From Deltaproteobacteria bacterium (GTDB taxonomy: Bacteria > Bdellovibrionota > JAJCYS01): a stretch of DNA of 64,000 bases. The notes under the pieces were generated by a model that saw only the letters and a program-made list of their open reading frames with translations, ran no database searches and had not been told where the DNA came from. Shown here one piece after another: positions 48,308 to 56,772 of the stretch. How positions within the stretch are numbered: position 1 is the first letter of the stretch; the number at the start of each line of letters is the position of its first letter. A program made the translations under genes and the position numbers. The stretch is from the NCBI GenBank assembly GCA_029262815.1, contig JAJCYS010000029.1, positions 9,837-73,836 on the forward strand. Reading direction: 5' to 3'.

Positions 48308-48982
48308 TTAAATAATAGGTGAAAAGGCGAGTTTTAAACCTAGCAAGACAAAGAAAACACCCATCCCCCGTTCAATGTAATACTCCACTGTGTTAATCCG
48401 GGATCTCACAATTTTTTGTGAAAAAGCGTACGCTAAAAAACAAAACCATGCAACCGAAATGACTAAAATAGCAGCGCAGTAAGTAATCAAAGTCATTTTT
48501 GGCGTGTTGGGACTCACAACTTGGGAAAAGATGCTGATGAAAAATAACGAACATTTGGGATTCAAAATATTCGTTAGAAATCCCATTCTAAAAGCGGCCA
48601 GTGAAGACATGTTTTGGATTCGAGTCACGGGATCCGGTTTGTTCATATCCATTGATTTGAGGACTGTTTTCAAACGAAAAGATGATCGTATCGACTGTAA
48701 ACCAATAAAAGTGAGATAGCATGCCCCCAGGTATTTCATCAACACTAAAGCAAAGTGGGATTGTGAAATGACTAACCCAAGTCCTGCAACACAGTACATC
48801 ATATGTATTGAAATACCCAGTGCAATACCCAACGCAGAATACATGCCAGTAGATCTGTCGTATACAAGCGTATTTTTGGTGACCAACGCAAAATCGGGTC
48901 CAGGTGAAATCATGCCTATTGCATGAGCAAATAGAACAGCCAAAAATTCAGACCCTAAAAACATAACCCAGTATTCAATCAT
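48308..48982 (-). CDS. LysE/RhtB family amino-acid exporter
   Basis: ISPGPDF, GIALG, GACYL..G, GFLTNILNPK. Confidence 0.93.
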   Translation of the reverse strand: MIEYWVMFLGSEFLAVLFAHAIGMISPGPDFALVTKNTLVYDRSTGMYSALGIALGISIHMMYCVAGLGLVISQSHFALVLMKYLGACYLTFIGLQSIRSSFRLKTVLKSMDMNKPDPVTRIQNMSSLAAFRMGFLTNILNPKCSLFFISIFSQVVSPNTPKMTLITYCAAILVISVAWFCFLAYAFSQKIVRSRINTVEYYIERGMGVFFVLLGLKLAFSPII

Positions 48983-49022
48983 ATTTTTGAAATGAAAGGA
49001 AGATTATGCTTTGTTTATAGGC

Positions 49023-50072
49023 CTAACGAGACAATGTAATCTCAGCAGGTTGTAGTATTTCGCCCAATGCAATATCAGGAAAATTGATCGTATCTGTACG
49101 CTCAGATTCGATTATTTTTTCTGTATCGACGATTAAGTGTTCCTTTAGATTCAGTGCAAGTTGTGCGTTCATAAACACGAGGTCTTTCTCATCATCTTTT
49201 TCACGAATGGCCAATAGAGTTAGTGTTGTGTCGTTGGTTTGTGCAATCCGTACGCTTGAGAAAACAGCATCTTCATCGTCCGTGATTTGTTGATTGATCG
49301 TCGCCCCACTGCGTGAATCCTGTACGTAAATTTGATTGTCATCAGAGCGAATAAAGACCAAAACGGTTCCTGTTATGTCGTTTACGTCCTGAAGTAATCG
49401 ATCTTCTTCATCATTGGTGAGTTCTTCCGATGGGGTCTGAATCCCTGATTGGCGAAAAATTTGATGATTTCCATTGGTGGCTTTTTTGTCAAAAAAGAAA
49501 ACATCATCTATTGAAAAAACACGAGAAAATCCCCCTGCGGTTGATTGAATTTTCTCAGTTGTATTATCTAGAGAAGTAAATAAAAAAGTATTGTTTGTAG
49601 TTTTCTCTCTGGCAATACCTGAAATGCGATCATCTGCATCGACAAACGGACTGCTAATCTCAGTGATGACGCTACTCTCGATTTGATCGGGGCTGGTGAA
49701 GAATGTTTCAGTATTTCCAAAATTCGCATCATCGTTGCTTTGGATCGAAGTAAACGACCGTAGAGCAGTTGCACTATTATCCTTTACGATTGCAAGTAGA
49801 AGTGTATTGTCACCCTCAGAAAAACTCATACCAGGTGCAAGATTCAAGGGCGATCCAGTAAATATTCTCGGAGCATTCGGTAATTTGAATAGAGCAATAT
49901 CGAATGTGCCTAACCCTAAGTGACTTTTAGTTGGATCTCCTTTTTGTGTATATCTAATCAGAATGGGAATGAGGTTTGGGTTGTCTTTCTGTAGTTTGAT
50001 GTTACAAGATAGGAATCCAACTGTTCCAAAACAAAAAATAAAACATACAATTTTTAAGATGTGACTTCGTAT
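49023..50072 (-). CDS. Lipoprotein, beta-propeller-like, paralog of the 50095-51210 gene; extended here to a putative ATA start
   Basis: The frame stays open upstream of the annotated TTG (49847) to a TAA at 50076-78. The extension encodes IRSHILKIVCFIFCFGTVGFLS-C and aligns with the paralog N-terminus. Confidence 0.7.
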   Translation of the reverse strand: MRSHILKIVCFIFCFGTVGFLSCNIKLQKDNPNLIPILIRYTQKGDPTKSHLGLGTFDIALFKLPNAPRIFTGSPLNLAPGMSFSEGDNTLLLAIVKDNSATALRSFTSIQSNDDANFGNTETFFTSPDQIESSVITEISSPFVDADDRISGIAREKTTNNTFLFTSLDNTTEKIQSTAGGFSRVFSIDDVFFFDKKATNGNHQIFRQSGIQTPSEELTNDEEDRLLQDVNDITGTVLVFIRSDDNQIYVQDSRSGATINQQITDDEDAVFSSVRIAQTNDTTLTLLAIREKDDEKDLVFMNAQLALNLKEHLIVDTEKIIESERTDTINFPDIALGEILQPAEITLSR

Positions 50073-50094
50073 CGGTTACCCCAGTCTTTATCCA

Positions 50095-51210
50095 TTATTC
50101 TTCAGAACCTTCTGTTGTTTCTTCTGTTTCTACGACAAGCGGATTAACCAAGTCATTTTTGTGACGGATAGCTACGGCAGTAGGCCGCATTCGTACGTTG
50201 AATACACCTGGGAAATTCACACCATCGGCAATGATTTCCTCTGCGATGATGACGTACGTTTCGGTATCTATAGTTGAACCTCCGTCTAGGGCACTAAATG
50301 CATTAAATCCAATGACCTCGTTCTTGCCGGAATCGGTAACAGTTCGAAGCGCGATAATTGATAATTCTCCTGTGTCAATGGATGAAAACCGGCAGGCCAT
50401 CAAGGGTGCGGCCCCGTCGCTTGTGAGTTGGGTAAACAGAACTGTGGTCGTACGTGCGTCTCGTACATAGCATTCATCACTTTCAAGATAAAGTACAAGC
50501 TGTCCATCTTGGCTCACATCTTGCAAAGTACGGCTTTCTGAATCCCCTTCAGGTGAAATTTGTAACGGTGTCAATCCTTCAGTACTTTGAAAAATACGTG
50601 TCTGACCGCCACTTGTTTGATCATAGAAAATTTCTGTTTTTCCTGAAATCTGAATAGGGATCACTGTAGTGAATAGATCAGCTGAAGCGGGGGCAACGCT
50701 AGTCGGTGGCCCAGGTGGAGTTACAATAAATGGGATTTGGTTGAGTGAGCCAGCGACGCGCGCTATGCCACCCCATTGGGTTGATAATCGAGGGTTTGCC
50801 CTAGGGTTTAAAATGAGATCAACAGCAACCCCTGATACAGTGCCGATGGTTGACAATGGGCTTTGGATATTAGTTCGTGTCAGCTGAATTTGTGTCCAAG
50901 CTGTTGGGAGCCCTGTCAGTTGTGTGACGGCGAAGGCAGAGTTACTTGTCAGTAAGACATCTAATTGTCCAGAAACAAGATTAAGAGGGGCACCTGTGAT
51001 GGTAAAAAGTGACCCCAGGAAGCTTGATTTATCTATACCACCCGATCTGATATGGTTGACAGTTGTGTCGCTCACTTGGGTATACATCACTACCAATCCA
51101 GGTATTTGAATAAGTGACGCACCATTTGTGCAGCCTGCCAATAAAAACGAAACCGCTAAGCACTGAATATATCTACTGATTTTCCCTTTTCTAACCATAG
51201 TAATGCTCAT
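50095..51210 (-). CDS. Lipoprotein, beta-propeller/TolB-like
   Basis: Lipobox LAGC; shares YTQ..D.T..H, TG.PLNL..G, IF, LQDV, YV.D.R, Q.T.D, DTE and NFP motifs with the downstream paralog. Confidence 0.8.
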   Translation of the reverse strand: MSITMVRKGKISRYIQCLAVSFLLAGCTNGASLIQIPGLVVMYTQVSDTTVNHIRSGGIDKSSFLGSLFTITGAPLNLVSGQLDVLLTSNSAFAVTQLTGLPTAWTQIQLTRTNIQSPLSTIGTVSGVAVDLILNPRANPRLSTQWGGIARVAGSLNQIPFIVTPPGPPTSVAPASADLFTTVIPIQISGKTEIFYDQTSGGQTRIFQSTEGLTPLQISPEGDSESRTLQDVSQDGQLVLYLESDECYVRDARTTTVLFTQLTSDGAAPLMACRFSSIDTGELSIIALRTVTDSGKNEVIGFNAFSALDGGSTIDTETYVIIAEEIIADGVNFPGVFNVRMRPTAVAIRHKNDLVNPLVVETEETTEGSEE

Positions 51211-51321
51211 AAACCTGTGTCTATTGTATTAAAGTTTCTATAGGACCCATAACTCTAAATACGCATTTATGATATAACATGGTGGAATGCATGGGTCATT
51301 ACCCCGTGCTTTTTTAGGAAA

Positions 51322-51855
51322 ATGAAAATCTATACCAAAAAAGGTGACCTTGGCCAGACACAAACCTTGGGGAGTGGGCGTGTGCCTAAGGATGATCAAA
51401 GACTTCATGTGGGGGGCCTCATCGATACGTGTAATTCAACTGTCGGATTTTTGTGCTCACTATTGCCCAGTGATGACCCACTGACTGACAATCTTCACCG
51501 CATTCAACGTGGCTTATTTAGCCTTGGACTTGAGGTAACGGGTGGACGTCAACAAGACCATATGTTAAATGAATCAGACGTAACATTTTTAGAATCTCAA
51601 ATCGATCAATATTGGGATACTTGTCCGCCGCTCACAAAGTTTGTTTTACCAGGTGGCACACCATCTTCGTGTCAAGCCCATCTGTGTCGTGTCCAGGTGC
51701 GGACAATGGAACGCTCTCTGGTTACCCTCTGCCGAGAAACCAACACACCATTTGATTTGGGACTGCAATATGTGAATCGTTTGAGTGACTATTTTTTTGC
51801 TATAGCACGATATTTGAATCATCAAGCGGACATGGGAGAAGTAACATGGCCTTAG
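51322..51855 (+). CDS. PduO-type ATP:cob(I)alamin adenosyltransferase
   Basis: MKIYTKKGD.G.T, F.LPGG, H.CR...R..ER, YVNRLSDYFF. Confidence 0.93.
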   Translation: MKIYTKKGDLGQTQTLGSGRVPKDDQRLHVGGLIDTCNSTVGFLCSLLPSDDPLTDNLHRIQRGLFSLGLEVTGGRQQDHMLNESDVTFLESQIDQYWDTCPPLTKFVLPGGTPSSCQAHLCRVQVRTMERSLVTLCRETNTPFDLGLQYVNRLSDYFFAIARYLNHQADMGEVTWP

Positions 51856-53045
51856 GAGAGTCCAGCCGTATCCCCGGCTTTTATAAATTAAAGTTTAATC
51901 AGAAATTGACTCACATTTCTGAATTAACAGGTATCTCCCTAGAACGGTTAAACGGAGCATTCCAATCCCTGCACATGGCTCAAACAGGCATCGATGAGTT
52001 GGTCGAAAACTGTATTGGTGCGCTCTCAGTACCGTTGGGTATTGCGCCAAATTTCAAAATAAATGGAAAAGACTATCTTGTGCCAATGGCTGTAGAAGAG
52101 AGCTCCGTGATTGCGGCTGCCTCAAAAGGGGCTAGGGTCACATATGAATCAGGCGGGTTCGCGAGTGAACTTTTAGACAACATGATGATCGGGCAAGTTC
52201 AGTTTTCAATTCGAGATGAAAAAGATGCTGACACCGTACGAGATAAAATTGCGTCTTATGAAGAATCGTTGCTAAGTGATTTAAATGAAGTCATTCCAGG
52301 GATGGTTCATCGAGGCGGTGGGGTTCGTGCAATCTATGCACGTGGGCCTTTTACCTATCAAAGTCATACTTTTTTGGTGATCCAAGTCGATGTATCGGTG
52401 CAAGATGCCATGGGCGCCAATGTCACCAACCATGTGTGTGAACGCTTAGGAAAATTATTAAACCGTATGGTACCCGGGCAAACCAACACATGTATTCTTA
52501 GCAACCTCGCAACCAAGCGACTCGTGCATACGACCTGCCGTGTACATTTATCAGAAATAGTGCCTGAGCACGAATGGGATGATGCAATCCGTCGTTTTGA
52601 ATTGGTCCAAGGATTTGCTGAAGTGGACCCTTTTCGTGCAGTCACCCACAACAAAGGAATCATGAACGGCATTGATGCTGTGCTCTTGGCCACAGGAAAC
52701 GATTGGCGGGCGAACGAAGCAGGTGCGTTTGGATACGCAAGCCTATCCGGTCGCATAAAACCCCTTTCTCATTGGCGTGCTGAAAAACCCTACTTATTTG
52801 GAGAGCTCCAACTTCCCATCCAACTCGGAATTGTAGGTGGGGTCACCCGAATTCACCCCACCGCCAAACTCAGCCTAGACATCTTAGGCATTGAGCATGG
52901 CAAAGAACTAGCAGAGCTCGTAGGAGCCGTCGGTTTAGCTCAAAATTTTAGCGCCTTACGTGCCCTAGCTTTTGAAGGCATCATGGAGGGGCATATGCGA
53001 TTGCACAAAAAAAACCTCAAACGCCACAAGACGCTTGCTGAGTAA
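51846..53045 (+). CDS. mvaA: Class II hydroxymethylglutaryl-CoA reductase
   Basis: ENCIG, PMAVEESSV, DAMGAN, THNKGIMNGIDA, GHMRLH. Confidence 0.93.
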   Translation: MALGESSRIPGFYKLKFNQKLTHISELTGISLERLNGAFQSLHMAQTGIDELVENCIGALSVPLGIAPNFKINGKDYLVPMAVEESSVIAAASKGARVTYESGGFASELLDNMMIGQVQFSIRDEKDADTVRDKIASYEESLLSDLNEVIPGMVHRGGGVRAIYARGPFTYQSHTFLVIQVDVSVQDAMGANVTNHVCERLGKLLNRMVPGQTNTCILSNLATKRLVHTTCRVHLSEIVPEHEWDDAIRRFELVQGFAEVDPFRAVTHNKGIMNGIDAVLLATGNDWRANEAGAFGYASLSGRIKPLSHWRAEKPYLFGELQLPIQLGIVGGVTRIHPTAKLSLDILGIEHGKELAELVGAVGLAQNFSALRALAFEGIMEGHMRLHKKNLKRHKTLAE

Positions 53046-53111
53046 GTAGGTTCTGCGTTACCCCCAAACAACTTCTCACTGCGACGTGCACCAAGCACGC
53101 CATCAATACCC

Positions 53112-53260
53112 CGTCATTCCAGATCACTTTTTTTCATCTCTGCCCTTCCTCTGTCATCTCTTGTGCCTTCGAAGGCAGGGATCCACTGTGACTCTGTAGC
53201 TAGAAAAAATATGGTTTCACCAGTATGAATTCCCGCTCACGCTGCTTGTGTCAGGAATGA
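53112..53260. repeat. Degenerate REP cluster (family 1) between convergent genes
   Basis: gtcattcc at ~53113; ctgtcatc...cgaaggcagggatccac at 53151-53186; partner gaattcccgc...ggaatga at ~53227-53260. Confidence 0.6.
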
Positions 53261-53264
53261 ATCG

Positions 53265-54470
53265 CTAGAGGTGTAATTTTTCGACTTCGGCCACAGGGTG
53301 CTTAAAGCGAGACTCACTTAAAGGTGACAAATCTAACCCTTCAAATTGTCCCTTCGTCATCAATTGAGCGAGGCCACGTCCTGCAGCAGGGCTGATCATC
53401 ACGCCACGGCCCGTAAAGCTGTGGATTTGAAACAAAGAATCATAGGATCCAACACGGCCCAAAATACCATCTTGGTCTGGTGAGTAACTATATATCCCAG
53501 CCCATCCGCGCATATGTTTGCATGACCCAAAGACTTCACTAAATTCATATAACTTTGGCCATAAGATATTCTCAAAAAAATCACATTCACTATATGTAAA
53601 ATCAATCCCCTCAGGTTGATCTTGCAAGCCAAATCCCGTAAGCAATAATCCACCCTCAGGATGAAAATAGGTCCCTTCTGGTGTTATGGTCATGGGCAAC
53701 TTGGGATTATAAGCCTGTGGGGCATCTATCATTGCAATGTGTCTGGCAATGGGTCGACATGCGTATGTCACATTTATAAAAGGCTTGAGCACCTGATGGC
53801 TCCATGCACCCATGGCTATCACAACCTGTCTTGCTTCGACAGTTTCTGTTGATGCTTTAGGATAGGTACCTGTCTCTAAAAACTCCTGCACGTTTTCTGA
53901 TGTGACATGTGCAAACGTTAATCGCCAGCCGTCTTGGTGCGGTTCTAAATCAATCAGAGCGCGCTCTGATTGTAAGGTCCATGATCCAGAAGTTAAAGTG
54001 CTTGGAATTTGTTCTATAAACCAATTTCGGAGTCGGTTGCTATTTACGAGTCCTGCTTCTGGATGAAAAGTAACGTGCGCCGCAGTATCCTTGTTAAATG
54101 ACCAAGGCAAATATGGAATAGGGTCATGAGGTGAAAAATGTTTGATCGGAAATTCAGAAAGATCTGAGATTAAATCTTCATTCAGCTCAGGATGTGTTTT
54201 ATGAAACCAAAGATAACCGCACGGATGGTATCCAACCTCTGCTTGATGCTGCCTTAAAAAATGAATACTTTCTAAACTCAAACGCCTATTTAATGAATGC
54301 TGCCAAAAAGCACGAACCGCTCCTCCATTTCGCTCAGAGCTTGCAAAAGTTCCAGCCGTATCTACATCGAACATCGCAATATGTGCCTCAGGTTTTTGAT
54401 GTGCCAAATGATAAGCTGTTGATGTACCCAATACGCCCGACCCACAGACCACGCAGTCAAACTGTTTCAT
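53265..54470 (-). CDS. FAD-dependent oxidoreductase, DAO/sarcosine-oxidase-beta family
   Basis: VVCGSGVLG.STAYHL, SSERNGG, AMGAWS, WAGIY..SPD, FTGRG; GAGG RBS before ATG 54470. Confidence 0.9.
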   Translation of the reverse strand: MKQFDCVVCGSGVLGTSTAYHLAHQKPEAHIAMFDVDTAGTFASSERNGGAVRAFWQHSLNRRLSLESIHFLRQHQAEVGYHPCGYLWFHKTHPELNEDLISDLSEFPIKHFSPHDPIPYLPWSFNKDTAAHVTFHPEAGLVNSNRLRNWFIEQIPSTLTSGSWTLQSERALIDLEPHQDGWRLTFAHVTSENVQEFLETGTYPKASTETVEARQVVIAMGAWSHQVLKPFINVTYACRPIARHIAMIDAPQAYNPKLPMTITPEGTYFHPEGGLLLTGFGLQDQPEGIDFTYSECDFFENILWPKLYEFSEVFGSCKHMRGWAGIYSYSPDQDGILGRVGSYDSLFQIHSFTGRGVMISPAAGRGLAQLMTKGQFEGLDLSPLSESRFKHPVAEVEKLHL

Positions 54471-54617
54471 GCCCGTTTCCTCACAGATAAGATTAGGTTT
54501 TTGCTTAAGACTCAATTTACCATATTTCTTCCAAAAATTGCCTCTAAACCCTTGATGTAGTTGTTCTTTTTTGTTTGATGTAATGTTGAATGCCCATATT
54601 TTCGATAGGAAGAGCAG

Positions 54618-55573
54618 ATGAGGTATTTTGGGTACAATTTGAGAATTTTGGTAGGGATAGGCCTTCTTCTTTGTACAACTGAGGGCCATACTAAATCTCA
54701 ACGTTCGCTAGAGCTTGAAATCATTCAAATTTTAGGTGTGGGGGTTCGAATTGGTGGCACAACTCAAATGCTCTTACCCCGGACTATGAAAGGCAAAACG
54801 CCCCATGTGTTTCTAGTGCAACTGATGGGCGCAACAGGTGATTTGGTCTCTATCGAATATGGAGTTGACGGACAAGAGCTTAAAGCAATCGAGCAAAGTG
54901 GGACACTGGTGCTCCATATCAATAATGTACCTTATCTTGATATGACAGCTGTGAACATGCGAATTCTTAAAGGATTTCCCAAACTACATCTAAATAATCG
55001 GGGGATCAGTAAAGGAGATGCATTTCGCCTTCTGCGGATGTCTGCCACGTATACATTTGGCATTTGGCGAATCTCTGGCTCTTGAGTCATACTCGGTGCA
55101 ACTAACTCTACATGTTAAAATAAAGCTACTCCACGGACTCACGTTAGTGGTATCTGGCCATGAGGCGAAATCCGCCGAAGCATTGTCGCTAATATGTTTT
55201 TTATAATTCAATACTATTTTTTTGCCTTCATCCACGGAGTAACCTCCGTGGCCTCCTGCGAAAGCTGGATAAACCATTCATTCAAGGTATAATTTTGATT
55301 TTTGGTAAGCACCTTTTTATCGTGCTCACATGGGCAATCCATGGCATTACTCAACCCTAAGGGTGCCTTTACAGTTTCCTGTGCCCATGATTCCAGCTCT
55401 TCTAAGTACTATGCATGCTCACTTTTTTGGACAAGCCTGATTTTTTGCCATATTTTGAGGATCTCCTGATTCGGGATTATCCAGAAGAGGCTAGTAGGAG
55501 TGGGATTCAGTCCGCGTTAGCATGGATCAGACAACATGAAGGGCAGAAAATTTTGTATTCCTCGATGCGTTAG
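54618..55573 (+). pseudogene. Probable fragmented exported-protein gene (ORF 54618-55085 plus downstream fragments)
   Basis: 155-aa ORF with signal-like start, then short fragments in different frames up to MLTFLDKPDFLPYFEDLLIRDYPEE...YSSMR* ending at 55573 against the cmk stop. Confidence 0.4.
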
Positions 55574-56253
55574 TTCAGTTGAGAAATAACCTGATCAATT
55601 TTCTCTCTCAAAATGCAGAATACATCTTTAATATTGAGTAAGGTCGTATCAACTAAAATGGCATCGTGGGCCTGTTTGAGCGGCGAAATCTTACGTGTTT
55701 CATCTTGATGGTCACGGTGTTTGATGCTTTCCATCACCTCATCAAGTGTAGAGGTTTCACCTAATTCGTGAAGATCCTTGAGCCGACGCTTTGCACGAAC
55801 TTCAACGGTGCCGGTCATAAAGAATTTTATGTCTGCATCGGGTAATACAATGGTGCCGATATCGCGACCTTCCATCACACATCCTTTGGCATCAGCAAGT
55901 ATCCGTTGTTGTGCAACTAAGGCCACGCGAACTTTTCGAATTTTTGAAATTTGAGATGCTAATTGAGAAACGCGCGCTGAACGTATGTTATGTGACATCT
56001 CCCTGTCATTCATCCAAACGAGGTTACTCAAATCGGGCATGAGTTTAAATTTAAAGTGGCTTTCCAAACATAGCTCTTCTATATCTGCTTCATCCGACAG
56101 GTTTAAATTATCGGTATAAAATGCAATCGTTCGATACATCGCCCCCGTGTCAATCAGCTGATACTGATAGTGTCTGGCGATCCACTTTGCGAGCGTGCTT
56201 TTGCCTGCACCTGCAGGGCCATCAATTGCAACGTTGATTTTGGGTTTGGTCAT
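55570..56253 (-). CDS. cmk: Cytidylate kinase
   Basis: AIDGPAGAGKST, DTGAMYR, MEGRDIGT.VLPDA. Confidence 0.97.
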   Translation of the reverse strand: MTKPKINVAIDGPAGAGKSTLAKWIARHYQYQLIDTGAMYRTIAFYTDNLNLSDEADIEELCLESHFKFKLMPDLSNLVWMNDREMSHNIRSARVSQLASQISKIRKVRVALVAQQRILADAKGCVMEGRDIGTIVLPDADIKFFMTGTVEVRAKRRLKDLHELGETSTLDEVMESIKHRDHQDETRKISPLKQAHDAILVDTTLLNIKDVFCILREKIDQVISQLN

Positions 56254-56689
56254 GATCGACGTCCTTAAATCGCCTGCTCGTTATATTAGCTGATTCAAAA
56301 ATAAGATCAGTAAGATGTGAAGGGTAGGTATGATCATACACGACCTCAATAATGCCGGCACCACAAATGAGCTTGGCACACTCAGCACAAGGGTAGGTTG
56401 TGCAATAAATCGTAGCCTCTTTGAGATCGACTCCTGAGTAAGCTGCGTTTGCAATGGCATTGGCTTCAGCGTGGCAACAGATAGCAAACTCTAACCCTTT
56501 ACCAGGTTTGGGCCCAGATAAGCATCTTGGGCAGTCCTGTGCTTTGCTGCCACGAGGGGGACTGTTCCAGCCCTCCGCGAGGAGTCTCGAGTCTTTTACT
56601 AAGATGGCGCCTACTTGCCTGGATTGACAACGGGATTGTTTTGCAAACCGATGTACCAGATCACGCCATAATGCATCGGCGTTCTTCAT
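56222..56689 (-). CDS. dCMP deaminase (ComEB-like cytidine deaminase family)
   Basis: SRC.SRQVGA, GWN, HAEANAI, PCAEC. Confidence 0.93.
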   Translation of the reverse strand: MKNADALWRDLVHRFAKQSRCQSRQVGAILVKDSRLLAEGWNSPPRGSKAQDCPRCLSGPKPGKGLEFAICCHAEANAIANAAYSGVDLKEATIYCTTYPCAECAKLICGAGIIEVVYDHTYPSHLTDLIFESANITSRRFKDVDHDQTQNQRCN

Positions 56690-56772
56690 AATGATATCCA
56701 GCCTATCAAAGAAGGGCTGGATCAGGGGAGTCCTTTTTTATTTTTTTAGGATCATCGCTTATAATAGGTCCG

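Noticed and set aside
54471..54701. N-terminal extension of the FAD oxidoreductase
   Set aside because: The Rossmann motif begins right after ATG 54470, which has a good RBS; the extension overlaps the divergent gene.
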